63,957 nt of DNA, filler included, from Reclinomonas americana ATCC 50394 (GCA_048213135.1; 21 parts of 21 records of this genome joined end to end with filler, not necessarily neighbours in it), one strand, 5' to 3'. Shown: positions 26,870 to 44,954, numbered from the whole stretch's first letter. Numbers and translations: made by a program. Notes: generated from the letters alone by a model not told the origin.

Positions 26870-28825
26870 CTCACCGGCGCGGAAGTCTCCCAGAATCCAA
26901 TCCATTGTAGTGCGTGTGTGAGTGAGTTCTGACTGGTGGACTTCGGCGGGACACGCGGTGTCCGGCAGTGCTTTGTTGAGCGTCGACAAGAGGAAACGCG
27001 CGAGAGACTGTCGTTCCGTGATGTACATACTGAGCTCTACGAGAGAGCATGGTTGCCGCATTTTCCCGCTCGGTGTGAGAGCAGAAAGACTTCAACTTCG
27101 ATGACGAGTGCAAAAGCAAATGCGGTCTGGTTGCAGTCGTACATGGCACGTCCAATTACCGACAGCTGGCAGAAAAAATCGGTCCATATCCGTGGAGCAA
27201 CAGCGGAAGTACAGCGCAGTGCAACGCAGTGCAACGCAGTGCAACGCAGTGCAACGCAAGTGGCAAAAGTAGTTGGCTACGTAAGTGTACAACGCAAGTG
27301 TACAACGCAAGTGGCAACGCAGTACACAACGCAAGTGGCAACGCAGGTGGCAACGCAAGTGGCAACGCAAGTGACAACGCAAGTGGCAACGCAAGTGGCA
27401 ACGCAAGTGACAACGCAAGTGTACAACGCAAGTGTACAACGCAAGTGGCAACGCAGTACACNNNNNNNNNNNNNNNNNNNNNNNNNNNNNNNNNNNNNNN
27501 NNNNNTTAATTAATTAANNNNNNNNNNNNNNNNNNNNNNNNNNNNNNNNNNNNNNNNNNNNTGGCAACGCAAGTGGCAACGCAAGTGGCAACGCAAGTGG
27601 CAACGCAAGTGGCAACGCAAGTGGCAACGCAAGTGGCAACGCAAGTGGCAACGCAAGTGGCAACGCAAGTGGCAACGCAAGTGGCAACGCAGCGCGCAAC
27701 GCCCTTCTCACTCCCTTTCCCCCACTCCCTTTCCCCTTCCCTCCCCCTTCTCCCCCCATCACCCTTCACCCTTCTCCCCCTTCCTCCCCCCTCCCCCCTC
27801 CCCCTTCCCCCCTTCCCCCCTTCTCCCCCTCCCCCGTTCCCCCCTTTTGCCCCCCTTTACCACCTTCGCAAATTTCACTCCCTCGTCACCAACATGGCCG
27901 CACTCTGCGACACAATTCTATGCGACCCACCCGGCAACGCCTTCTCCAACCGCACAAACAGCGTCGGTTCAAAGTCCCACTCCCGCGGCAAGTCCACCGT
28001 CAACGTCTCCACCATGGAGCCCGTCGGCAAAATGTGTCTGGCGTACACTGGTTCCAGCACACGCTGTGTATTATGGAGAAGATTTGAGTCATTGAACAGA
28101 CAGAGATAGAGGGGAGGGGCGAGGGATACCACAACGCACCTCCTCCAACACCCGTAAACCATCCATGTCGCGCTTCTCGCATCGCACCATTGACGACTCA
28201 AAGGAGGCCACCGACTCGGGATTGTACTCTTGCGTGATGGTGATGCGTGCCGAGTTGTCGAGCGGCACGCTCACTCGCCGCGCACGAATGGTGAGCGGTG
28301 GTGGTCGCTGGCGCTGCGACGATTGCGCCAGTGAGGAGGTGGTGGCGGCAGCAGCTGCGGCGGCGGCCGCCACCGCCGTCACTCCGCCCATGTGCACCAT
28401 GGGAGGCATTGCTGGTGCCGTCGCGGATGTGCGTTGCGACACCGACGATGGAGGTGGCGGTGGTAATATTGATGGGGGCGGCAAAACCGCCTCCCCCACG
28501 GTCGTGCTTGTGACAGAAGAGGACCCGAACTGGGATGCAGGCATTGGCGGGAGTGGTGGTGGTCGCAAAAGTGTCGTGTGCGATTGGGGTTGCGACTGCG
28601 CTCCCACGGGGAGGAGTGGAGTGCCAGTCGGCAACAACGCCGACGCCGATGTGTGCATGGACATAACAGAGGCCATGTGCGCTGGCCTGATTGGGGTGAT
28701 CGGGAAAGTGTGAGAGATGGAAAGAATGAAGAGCAGTAGTGTGACGCAACGGCAGCTGCGGCAAAAAGTCTTGCGCTGGCAAGGAGGAGGACATTGCATC
28801 GATTCCAGCTCCGCCAGAGTCACTG
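26870..28825 (-). CDS. Multi-exon protein of unknown function crossing the 27462 gap
   Basis: Exons such as TIRARRVSVPLDNSARITITQEY..., LEPVYARHILPTGSMVETLTVDLPREWDFEPTLFVRLEK and LSVIGRAMYDCNQTAF, with a phase-0 GTGACG..GCCAG intron spanning the gap. Confidence 0.45.
27212..27692. repeat. 12-bp tandem repeat GTGGCAACGCAA (with 10-bp GTGCAACGCA variants) on both sides of a gap
   Basis: Perfect copies at 27562-27690 and variant copies at 27212-27460. The gap probably reflects collapse of this intronic array. Confidence 0.93.
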
Positions 28826-29379
28826 CGGGGGTGGGGGGGAAGGAGGTCAGCGATAATAGGGAAAGGGAGACAGAGCTGAGAAACAAAGTGAGGGACAGTT
28901 GACAGTTGAGCGAAAGAGACAGACTTAAAAGCGAAAAGTGAGAGGAAGAAGCAAAGGGAGGAAGCAAAGGGAGGAAGCAAAGGGGGGAAGCAAAGGGGGG
29001 AAGAAAAAAGGGGAAGCAAAGGGGAAGCAAAAGNNNNNNNNNNNNNNNNNNNNNNNNNNNNNNNNNNNNNNNNNNNNTTAATTAATTAANNNNNNNNNNN
29101 NNNNNNNNNNNNNNNNNNNNNNNNNNNNNNNNNACGAAGGGGGGAAGACGAAGGGGGAAGACGAAGGGGGAAGACGAAGGGGGGAAGCAATGGGGGAAGC
29201 ACAGGGGGGAAGCAAAGAGGGAAGACAAGGGGCAGGAAAGCGGAAAGAGAAGCAGAGTTCACATCAGCGGAGAGGACATGTGCATGAAAAATCGAGAAGA
29301 ATAGAAAGGAGAGCGACAGAGGATAGCCCGAGACAATGTGGGATGAGACTGAGAATGGAGAGGAATGGATGCACCAATC

Positions 29380-31620
29380 AACAACGCAACTGATGATACC
29401 CATCGCCACCAACGCCCGTACTTCTGCAGTGACACATCTCGAATGAGTTACGGGAGCAACAAAAGAGGCGATGATCAACATGGAAGAACGCACGAGAATG
29501 GTCTTTGCGGCGCACCAGCAGGTGGGCTGTGAGAAGCTTATTCGTCAGACCAGCAAACTCATTGACGAAGGGCTGTACATCACGCAACTATGCTGGCAAA
29601 GGTGACGGAGCAGGTGACCTGTGCACGCAGTTTTAAACAAACAACAAAATCACTGACAGCTCACACTCTGGACGTAACGGTGACGATGATCCAGTGCTAC
29701 TGCTTCCAGCGGACGGAGAGACACCATACAGCGATGTGGGCATGGGAACACCGCTGTCGATCACAAGCTGTGAGACAGACTGCGCATTGCATTTTATCCC
29801 CTTTCCCCTCTGTTTCTTTCCCTTTCCCTTCCCCTTGTCCCTTGACCCTTGACCCTTAACCTTATCCTTATCCCTACCCTTACCCTTACCCCCGTTACTT
29901 CCCCACTCTCCCTTCCCCTTCCCCTTCCCTTACCCCCGTTACTTCCCCACTCCTTCCCCTTCCCCTTCCCTTTCCCTTTATCCCTTCCCCCTTTCCCCCT
30001 TCCCCCTTTCCCCCTTCCCCCTTTCCCCTTTCCCCCCCTTCCCCTTCTCCCTTCCCCCTTCCCCCATTTTCCCCTTTCCCCGTTTCCCCACCTCGGATGC
30101 CTCCCCTGACCCCCACCCGGAACCGGTAATGGCGGCGGTGGCGGCAATCCGGGCGACCACGAGCTGAGGCCTGCAAACGACAATGGTGGCGGCGCAAACA
30201 TCGTCGGCGGCATGGTCGATGCTGCCGTGGAAGTGGCGCCAGCTACTTGTTGATTGCCAAGCAGGGCGCCAAAGCTACGTGCCCGTCTCTCCTCATCGTC
30301 CCACCGCATCTCCCCGTGCCGGGAGCGATTCGCTCCACCAGCAGCCCGTCGCCGGGAACCACCGCCTCCTCCTCCGCTACCGCCGCCGCCGCCACCTCCA
30401 CCGGCCCTGCTGCCGGCGGTGCTCTCTGACATTGAGCCGTCGCGGTTCTGCTGGCGAACGCTGCCACGAGTCTTCATGCTGACTTGGATTGGGTGACAGG
30501 GCAGGCGGCGACCGTCGACACACTCGGCCACAACGGAGAGTGTGTAGGAGGGGACTTGGAGTCGGCGAGGAACCGTGTAGTGCTGCGTAAGGGAATGATG
30601 AGCAGGGCTGGTGAAAAAAAACAGGCACTCGGTTACTCAACTTCGCCCTTTTGAAATCGGACAGGCGCAAACGCTCCATCCACGCCGTTCCGATCCAACA
30701 CCCTGTCCACCAACTCCCACTGCTGACTGCCCTCCCATTCGAGGTGCAGTCGAACAACATCGGCTGGAAAGTCGCCAGCCCGAACTAAACAGAACATGGG
30801 TTTGTGGGAGAATCTGACGTGCGATGATGAGGATGAGAATGGGGCAGAGCAGTCACACAAGTCGCATGGTCCGGCTCACCTGTACAACATTCTGTATTCG
30901 TGCCGCCTGATATCAATGAGCTCCACACGACAATTGGCCGATCCGCCAGGACCGGGAACATCCAAGCCAAACACTGCGAGAGAGGGGGGGGGAAAGAGAA
31001 ATGAAAAAGAGAGGAAGCAGGAGGGGAGCAGGAGGGGAGCAGAGAGGGGAAGAGAGGGGAGCAGGAGGGGAGAAGGAGGGGAGCAGAGAGGGGAGCAGCT
31101 AGGGAGAAGAGAGGGGAGCAGAGAGGGGGTAGAGGCAGCAGGAAGGGGAGTAGGAGGGGAGCAGGAAGCGAGCAGGAGAGGAGCAGGAGGGGAGCAGGAG
31201 GGGAGCAGGAGGGGAGCAGGAGGGAGCAGGAGGGGAGCAGAAGCGAACAGGAGAAAGCTGCAAAATGACCAAGAAAGTGCAGATGAGTGAAAAGGAAATC
31301 CTCGCCAATCTGCGCGCGCACCAATACTACCGGGAGCCACAGCAAGCACATTCGCAGACTGGTGTGCCACGGACGACGACGCAGATGGATCCGGTATTCG
31401 CGACAACATGGACATGGAGGGCGCCATTTGAGAGGGTCCTGCCATGGACATCAACGCAGAGGACGAGGCCGCCGAGTACGTGTCAAAAGCAGGCGACGTC
31501 TTCACCACCGGCACCGACTCGGCAATCGACAATGTGGTGGCCACAAACAATCGCCCCCCATCGGCCATCAACTCGTGGTGATCACTGTCGCCCAAGGCCG
31601 CCACGAAGCGAGCTGACAGC
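29380..31620 (-). CDS. Multi-exon protein fragment of unknown function (possibly the upstream part of the 26870-28825 gene)
   Basis: Coding-like segments at 31300-31620, 30878-30975, 30633-30790, 30110-30530 and 29380-29620, separated by purine/pyrimidine-rich introns. Confidence 0.4.
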
Positions 31621-31661
31621 AGGCAGTGAGTAAGCAACAAGATCGACGACATAAAAAGGTG

Positions 31662-31712
<51 letters not shown>

Positions 31713-33140
31713 GACGACGACGAGANNNNNNNNNNNNNNNNNNNNNNNNNNNNNNNNNNNNNNNNNNNNTTAATTAATTAANNNNNNNNNNNNNNNNNNN
31801 NNNNNNNNNNNNNNNNNNNNNNNNNGATGGAGGGAAAGAGGGACGGACGAAACGAAGGAAGGGGAGAGAGAGAAAGAGAACAGTGAGAAAGGAGGAATGA
31901 GAGAGAGAGGAAGAGAGAGAGAGTGAGAGAGAGACGAGGGAGAGTGAGAGAGAGAGTGAGAGAGTGAGAGAGAGACAGGAAGAGAGAGAGACAGGAAGAG
32001 AAACAGAGAGGAGAGGGAAGAGAGAAGGAGAAATGGAGGGAAGGGAAGGCATGCTTGCAGTCAATTAGGCGACGACTTAGGCACAAGACAGTGAGTGACA
32101 GAGTGTGTGACAGTGTGTGTGTGTGAGTGCAGTGAGTGGCCGCATAAAAAACACTCAGTCACATGATGATGCTCACAAAAATATGCTTGCAAAATGCACA
32201 CACTCACAAAGAAAGAGAGAGAAGTGAGTGAGTGAGGAGAGAGAGACAACACACACACACGCAACTTCTCCATGGGAAACATGTCGACTCGTGATTGCCC
32301 AGACTGCAGAGAGAGAGAGACAATGAGAGTGTGTGAGAGTGTGTGTGTGAGAGAGAAACGTAACAGTAATGGCCACACAGTAAATGGGGAATGGAGCAGG
32401 TGACTCCACACGCACACCTGCAAAGAGAGAAAGAGAGAGTGTGTGTGTGAGACAGTGTGTGAGAGTGAGAGTGATGCATCAGTGTGTGATGATGATGCGC
32501 AACTGCGGATGAGCAGTGTGCCTTCGACCATCAAGTGCGTTCACGTGAGAGAGCACAGCAACAGAGAGAGAGTGAGTGTGTGTTGATGACGCGACACACA
32601 CACAGACAGAGAGAGAGAATGAGACTGTGTGTGCGCGTGTGCGTGTCACAGAGAGCTGCACGTGTGTGTCTGTAGAGTGGTGGGGGAGGCACACACTCTC
32701 TGCACAAACACACACACACACACGCGCGCGCGCAGAGAGACAGAGAGACAAAGAGAAACTGTGAGGGCGCGCGCACACGACGTTCGGTTTTTGCTACATT
32801 CGGCCGCATTGATTGATTGCAAGCAAGCGACCAGACTACATTTCACGCAGATGGTGTGAAGCCCAAACGCCAATTATGCGATACATGAAACATACACACC
32901 TGCAGCTTATGCGATGAAGATCGCATTTCTCGACTTGTTCGGAGCTCCGAGAACGAACACACTCACACAGGGAACCTGCTGCTGCCTCAAGATTGGTGTC
33001 TGTGTTGATGCTTTGGATATGGTTGAACTTGGTCATCAAGACAGCTGTTGCTTGTTTGTTGGTGAATGAATTTGTTGTTGACGTCCGGATCTGAATTCGA
33101 TTATTTGCATTTGCTTGTTCTTTCTTGCGCATGCACTTGG

Positions 33141-33283
33141 ATCCGGAGCTTCGAACAACAACAGCTTTTCTAATCCACACAGAAACACAGCTGCATTATG
33201 ATCACCATCTTGAGAGTGAGCACCAGAAACTCAGACATCACGGAAAAAACGAGGGAAAGTCGAGATGGCATGCTGGCGTTTCT
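33141..33283. repeat. Dispersed repeat, copy 1 (possible transposon remnant)
   Basis: ACACAGCTGCAT(T/G)ATGATCACCATCTTGAG..GTGAGCACCAGAAACTCAGACATCACG...ATGCTGGCGTTTCT recurs at ~45890-46033. Confidence 0.7.
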
Positions 33284-33623
33284 TGGTCATCATGATATCA
33301 ATTGATCGAGACAGCTGTTGCTGGTTTGTTGGTGAATGCATTTGCTGTTATCGATCTCCCGTCTCCTCTCTCTGTCTCTCTCTCTCTGCGTTACCATACC
33401 TTCTTCTCTCTTCCCTCTCTATTTCCTCTAAATCGATAGCCGCTTCTGCCATTTTTCCGGATCCTCTCCTTCGTCTTCTTTTCATTCCCTCTCACTGCCA
33501 GTGCGTTACCCTCCCTCTTGTATTCTCACTGTCGCCAACTATTACTCTCTTTCTTCCCCTTCTTCCCTCTCTCTCTCTCTCACCGACCACACTCTCCGCA
33601 TTTACTCTGCGGCTGTAAGCACT

Positions 33624-38192
<4,569 letters not shown>

Positions 38193-38904
38193 GGCCCACA
38201 TCGTCTGCGTACAAGAAAGTGTTCATGTGAGTGATCATGAGAAACGGTGAGTGTGTGCCATGTCGCTGCGCATGGCCATTGGCGGACGAGGGGGAAACGA
38301 ACCCAACGCGCAATGCAGAGAAGACACACAGGAGACACAGCAAGCGCACGCATATGCATTAGGAGGAGGAGGCGAAGGAGGAGAAGGAGGAGACAGAGAA
38401 TGAGAGGAAAGGAGTGAAACAACACAATAGTGAGTGGCGTGAGCAAGAGGCCACGTGCACGCGCGCGTGCACGACGTGGACAAGTGAGAGTGAAGAGAAA
38501 TGATGCAGGCGCCAGCAAGCGAACATTAACGAGAGGGCGAATGAACAGTGGTGGCAGCACGGTATTCCCGGTGCTCACCGAAAGCGTTGAATACTTTGAA
38601 TCTTGCAAAGAAAGCGTGCTGGATGCGGAAAAATGCAATGCGCGCATTAGTTTTTTCGGAGAGCATCACCATGTGGGAACAGCGCCTTCCGTCACCCTCA
38701 GCGTCCGCACCGTCTTCGGCTATGCAACACCGAAAGCTTCACAACCTTGGTCCCAAAAAGAACTTTCATTGCATTGAAGCTCAGAGAAGAGGGAAGAGAG
38801 GTGGAGGCAAGGCATGGCAAGGCAAGCAAGCGCGCGACTGTACGCGGACTGCTTACTCCCTCGCACAAAAATGGAATAAAAGGCAGAAGAAAAAGACGAA
38901 CAGA

Positions 38905-40718
38905 TCAGCAGTACAGCTGATAAACTGCGTCGGCCATAACCACCAACTTGGTACCGTCGCCGTTGGAGGTAACGGCCTGCCAGCTGCGAGTGGCATCACG
39001 TGCCGTCCACGTCACGCCAAAGTCGGAGGAGGAGTAGATCTGGCCATCTTGCGCCACAGCCACCAGCTTGGTGCCGTCAGTATTGGAGGCCACAGATCGC
39101 CAAGAGCGACTGACGTCAGTGAGTCGAGCAGTCCACGTCACGCCGGAATCAGTCGAGTTGTAAATTTTGCCAGTACGCTCAACAGCCACCAGCACGGTGC
39201 CGTCACTGCTGGAGGCGACTGCTTGCCAGTTGCGATTCGTATCCGTCAGTCGAGCCGTCCATGTCACGCCCGAATCAGTGGAGGTGTAAATCATATTGTT
39301 GCTTGCCGCGGCCACCAGCTTGTTGCCGTCGCTGCTGGAGGCCGCAGACCTCCAACCNNNNNNNNNNNNNNNNNNNNNNNNNNNNNNNNNNNNNNNNNNN
39401 NTTAATTAATTAANNNNNNNNNNNNNNNNNNNNNNNNNNNNNNNNNNNNNNNNNNNNAGAGAGAAGAGGGAAATGGGGGACAGGAAAGAGGGAAGAAGAA
39501 AGAGAGAGAGGGTGAGGGTAAGGGTGAGAGAGAGAGAGAAACAGGTGAAACAGGAGAGAATGAGAAGAATGCAGAAAGCAGATTGCACAACACGGAAGGT
39601 GAGATCAGTGACGAGCACGGAGGGCGAGACCACAGCACGAAGACAAGAAAGAGAAAACAGACTTTGTTGTGGAAGATGGCAAGTGAGCATCCCACGCTCT
39701 CTCTCTCTCTGTCTCTCACACACACACTCACTCCTCTCTCCCTCACTCACTCACCTGGCAGAACTTGTCGCAATTCGTGCCATAATAGTTGAGGGCGCAC
39801 TGATCACACGCCGCGCCCGTCCAGTTCTTGGTGGAGCACACACAAGAGCCGGCGCTGTCGCACGTTCCACGACCGCTGCACGTGGTGGCTGCGTCGCAGA
39901 ACTTGCTGCACGTGGCACCGTAGTAGTTCGCCTTGCACTGGCTGCACGAGGTGCCAGTGAAGTTGCCGGTGCACACGCACTGGCCATTGGCGTCGCACGT
40001 GCCGTTGCCAGAGCACGTCTTGGCGGCGATGCAGAGCTTGGAGCAGTTGGCGGTGAAGTAGTTGGCGAGACACACGCACTGCCCGCTCGAGTTGCAGCTG
40101 CCATTGTAGCTGCAGGTGGTGCCGGGGTTGCAGAGGGTGTTGCACGTGGCACCGAAGTAGTCCGGCTTGCACTGATTGCACGAGGCGCCGGTGAAGTTGC
40201 CGGTGCACACGCACTGACCGCTCGAGTTGCACGAGCCATTGCCGTTGCAAGTGGTCGCCGCCGTGCACAAGACGTTGCACGTGGCGCCGTAGTAGTTGGT
40301 GTTGCACTGGCAGGTACCCGCAGTGCTGCAGGTGCCGTTGTTGTTGCAGGTGGCGGCCGAGCACTTCTGCTCACACTTGGCACCGGAGAAACCTGCGCTG
40401 CAGACGCAGGTGCCACTGCTGGTGCAGGAGGTGGCGTTGTTTGAGCATGTCACGTATGGGTGGCACGAGCAGAAGGGACCGGCCCAGCTGCACGAGCGGA
40501 AAAGGGAGAGGAGTGAGTGGGGGGAAAATGCACGCAGAGAATAGGGCAGCACAAGCGGACTCACGTGGCGCACACATTGGCACCGCTGCTCGTGGTGTAG
40601 CAGTTGTTGTGGCAAGTGCACTTCCCGCCAGAGCAGAAACCCTGTGTGGAAGGAGGGGAGGTGGGCGAAGAGCGGAAGAAGGAGAACAAGGGAGAGGAGG
40701 CGGAAGACAGGAAGAGGA

Positions 40719-40794
<76 letters not shown>

Positions 40795-40965
40795 GAGGAG
40801 GAGGAGGAGGAGGAGGAGGAGGAGAGAGGAGAGGAGAGGAGGAGGAGGAGGAGGAGGAGGAGGAGGAGGAGGAGGAGGAGGAGGAGGAGGAGGAGGAGGA
40901 GGAGGAGGAGGAGGAGGAGGAGGAGGAGGAGGAGGAGGAGGAGGAGGACGAGACGAGAGAGACGA

Positions 40966-41002
<37 letters not shown>

Positions 41003-41481
41003 NNNNNNNNNNNNNNNNNNNNNNNNNNNNNNNNNNNNNNNNNNNNTTAATTAATTAANNNNNNNNNNNNNNNNNNNNNNNNNNNNNNNNNNNNNNNNNN
41101 NNGAGGAGGAGGAGGAAGAGGCGGAGGAAGGGTTCAACGCCCTCAACAGTGACAACAACGCAGTAGCGCTCAAGCGGACAAGAGGCGGTATGTGTGTGAT
41201 GAGACACGGAAAGAATCTTTCGTTCGATATCATGCAAAAGAAAACAAAAAACGCAACATTCACGCCGCACTCGTTGCCGGCGGCGGTGCATGTTCCACCT
41301 GTGTGCGAAAGTCGACATGAAAGGAAGAGAAAGGAAAAAATGATTTCGCGTGTTGGTGAGAGTCAATAAAGGGGATGAAAAACAAATCGCGACTTCATCC
41401 TGATCACTCGCCTTGCGCATACGCCACGCTGGCCACTGCAACGAGGCACAGAACAAAGAGCAAGACCTTCCCGGTTGCCAT
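38905..41481 (-). CDS. Paralogous EGF + Asp-box beta-propeller secreted protein, copy B (interrupted by two gaps)
   Basis: MATGKVLLFVLCLVAVASVAYAQG signal peptide. The EGF exons (39755-40643) are nearly identical to those at 36721-37601. Same C-terminus, ADAVYQLYC*. Confidence 0.82.
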
Positions 41482-42147
41482 TGTCTGCGGGGTGCGTGAG
41501 TGAGTGCGGGGGGTGAGTGGCCATGAGTGAGCGTGGCCATGAGCGGACGAACTCGGGTGGAGAAACAAAAACCAACGCAGAGGGGACAGCATGCGCAAGC
41601 ACACGCACATGATGAGAGAGGGAGAGTAGGGAGTGGGACACAGAGAGGGCAAGAGCGAGGGAGAGCAGTGCCAGTGTGAGCAAGAGGTCCACGGCAAGTG
41701 ACACGATCGCGAAAGAGTGAAGAGAATGATCATGATGCAGGCGCAGCGAACTTTAGCGCAGCGAGAGGGCGAGTGAACAGTGGCAGCATGGTTTTCCCCC
41801 CAACATATAGTTTCTGCTCACCAAATACGCGTGTGGATGGTGTGAATCTTGCAAAGTAGACCGTCAAAAAGGCGCAGCTCTCCGACGATGCGGAGAAATG
41901 CAACGCGCAGCAGCGCTCGGACAGAGCGTCTGAATTCGATAGAACGTTTTCTTTTTTGCGGCGACGCATCTCCTTCTCATCTTCGATTTTGTTATCAGTG
42001 CCTCAACAGTGTTCCCAAATACTCGCCGCGAACGAGGGAGTCGGCGCTGGAGAACTTGCAAAGATCGTGAAGCTCCCTGACGAGGGAAGAGAGATCGAGG
42101 AGAAAAGGCAAGGCAGAAAATTGACTTACGCCCACACAAAGGAACAG

Positions 42148-42290
42148 GTCAGCCCAGCTGATAAGCTATCCTTCGTCGCTGGAGGAGTGGTAACTGTCTG
42201 CCAGCTGCGAGAGGCATCACGAGCCGTCCACGTCACGCCAGAGTCGGAGGAGGCGCGAATCTGCCCGTTTGGTGCCGTCATTGCTGGCAG
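42148..42290 (-). pseudogene. Degenerate 3' remnant of a third EGF/Asp-box paralogue
   Basis: GACGGCACCAAACGGGCAGATTCGCGCCTCCTCCGACTCTGGCGTGACGTGGACGGCTCGTGATGCC encodes a DSGVTWTARDASRSWQ repeat with internal deletions. The intergenic DNA at 41500-42150 is homologous to 38230-38900. Confidence 0.65.
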
Positions 42291-42447
42291 GCCACTGACC
42301 ACCAGAAAGCCAGAGATGGCGGCTCACAGGCTGTGGCGTCTAGTGGTTTCCGATGAATTCGGTGTCCCGCGTTGCAACGAAGCATGTCGTCGTGAAGCTG
42401 GGGTGCCTGCCTGCCATACACACTTGCTGCATTCATTACACACATGA

Positions 42448-44900
42448 TTACTTTAGGTCTTCGTACTCCAACAACTTCTTCCCTTCCTCATCGTCTGGCA
42501 CCATGCGCAAGATGAAGGATGCGCCCTTGTTCACCGGTGCCACACGCCACAGAAGGAATGCCACGATAAACTGCACACATCGCTGCGAGTGAGCATCAAG
42601 AATCGCCATCTCCACCCCCAAAAGAAGAGACTCACCAGCAGCACGGCACCGGAGGCCAACACGCCCGAAAAGTACGCCAATCCGCGCAGAGGATTATTGT
42701 GCCCTGCTGCGTGCAGACACACGCCAAACAGAGCGCGCAGAATGGCGTCGTTGATGCGCAAACTAACGCCGCGTGCACCCGTCACCGCCGAGTTGTTAAG
42801 ATCTGCACACCATAGTGTTTAGAGACCACACATGCTCTCGCAATCCACGAACATCCGCACGCAACGATTCACATGGACGGCCATGTCCAAGTGCACCGAA
42901 GTTGACGACAGGGTGGAGCTGACGGCAAAGGCGAAGACAATCGCCGTCACCAACGTCACCGTGCCCATCATGCCAAACTGGTCGAGTTTGGTCAACGGCA
43001 GCCACGCCAGAGAGTACATCAGCAGGCCGACGCCGGAGACCACAAGCCACTTGGCCGTGCCGGGCCTGCAGGGGAGATGATGAGAAGGAGGGAAAGCAGG
43101 ACAACAGGGAGGGGGAGGGGGAGGGAGAGGGGGGAGAGGGAAAGGTGGGGAAGGAGGAAAAGGAGGGAAAGTAGGGGCAGGAAGAAGAGGGGGAAAAGAA
43201 GAAAGAGGAGGAGGAGAAAGGATGAGGGCACACACGGACAAGATGAGAAGAAGAGGTGCAAGAAGAAGTAGAACAAGAATACGAATGCGACACCAGAGAC
43301 CACCAGCCACTTGGCCGTGCCGGGCCTGCGATGAGAAGGGGGGAAAGGGGGCAAGGGGGACGGGGAGGGGGGAGAGGGAAAAGTGGGGAAGGAGGAAAAG
43401 GAGGGAACGGAGGGCAAGGATGGAAAGGAGGGGCAGGAAGAAGAGGGGGAAAAGAAGAAAGAGGAGGAGGAGAAGGATGAGGGCACACACGAACAAGATG
43501 AGAAGAAGAGGTGCAAGAAGAAGTAGAACAAGAATACGAATGAGACACCGGAGACCACCAGCCACTTGGCCGTACCGGGTCTGCCGTGGAGGAGGTGGGA
43601 AAGGGGGAGAAAAGGAGGAAAAGGAGGAGAAGGAGGAGGGGGGAAGGAGGAGGAGGGGACAAACGGGGAAGGATGAAATGAAAGAACAACAACGGGGAAA
43701 GAGAAAGAAAGTTGAGGGCACACAAGAACAAGATGAAATCATGAAGGAGCAGAACAAGTACAAGAACGCGAAAGAGAGGCGGAGAACGAAAATGAGACAA
43801 TAGAGTAGAAGATGAGAAGAAATAATGACGTAGAAGAAGAGGGAGAGGAGGAGGAGGGGATGAGAAACCATAGAAGAGAAGAATTAAGGGAGGGAAAACA
43901 TGGAACAAGAGGTGGACGAGAGGAAAAGTGAGAGGAAGACACTTGTCTCGCTATGGCTGTCATACTGGCAACATTCTGTGCATCAGCCTGACTCTCTGTC
44001 TCTTTCTCTCTGTCTGCGTGTCCGTCTGTGTGTTTCTTTGTCTGTACTTGAGTCTTCACATCCTCGCTGATTGCTGTCGCTCAGAGTTGCGTGTCTGTCG
44101 CTCTGCAGTCTGTCTATCTCCTGTTCCTTCGGTGACTTCGCGACACACCCTGCCCGTTCTACATCCACCATACTTGCCCCTCTTCTAATCTGCCCTTCCA
44201 GTCTCACGACCTGCCTTTTGTGTCACGAATACAAGAGAGAAAAGCGACAAACACAATGCCGCCACCGACCCCTAATCTCCTGCCCCCTCTCTCCCACTCT
44301 CACGCAACATATTCAAGTCCTTCTCGAAGCAGCATGCATACCGGGTGACCACCAGGTAGATTAACGAGCCAATTGTATACCCGAGACCGAAGCTCGCCTC
44401 CTGCGCACTCCCGAGTGAACATCACCAACTCCATCCAGTAACTTCCATCGCAAAAAAAAACGCAAACCAATGGTGGGGCCAGGCGAGCATCGTGGAAAAT
44501 GCGAGCGGCCACCAGGGGCGCAAATGCGCCTTGCAGGCGGAAGTGGATCAGCAAGTAGGACAGGAATAGAAGAAGACACCGAGTGTTGCTGTGCTGAGGC
44601 AATGAGTAATCGCAGATGCGGGTGGTGCGCGATCGGAGATAGCACTCAACGTGAAGAGCACCACCAGCTCGCCGCAGCAGCGGTACTTGTGGCCAGAGGG
44701 TGGTGAGCCAGGTCGACCGGTTCGGAGAGGACCTGCCGGTGCGTTCTCCAAGTGCATGTCGTGGTCGGTGGGGAGATTGGGAATCAAGCTGCACAGAAGA
44801 GATGAGTGGGAGCATGCGGAAAAGGGGTAGGTTAGGAACACGAACCTGTACATTACGGTGGCGATGGCGATGACTGTGGGGGTGACGAAGTGCAGTGAGA
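42448..44900 (-). CDS. Multi-pass membrane protein, possibly an MFS-type transporter (5' incomplete)
   Basis: Hydrophobic exons (KWLVVSGVGLLMYSLAWLPL, FGMMGTVTLVTAIVFAFAV, GLAYFSGVLASGAVLL, FIVAFLLW, GAFAPLVAARIF); ends EYEDLK* at 42448. Confidence 0.45.
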
Positions 44901-44914
44901 CGACAGGGGAGATA

Positions 44915-44948
<34 letters not shown>

Positions 44949-44954
44949 AAGAGA

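Noticed and set aside
27212..27692. VATQ / NASG / LALP repeat proteins
   Set aside because: Translations of the 12-bp intronic repeat.
29840..29895. CCCTTA/CCCTAA-like interstitial telomere repeat
   Set aside because: Short, irregular and embedded in a C/T-rich intron tract.
40700..41002. Poly-Glu/Arg/Gly ORFs
   Set aside because: (GA)n and (GAG)n microsatellites at a contig end.
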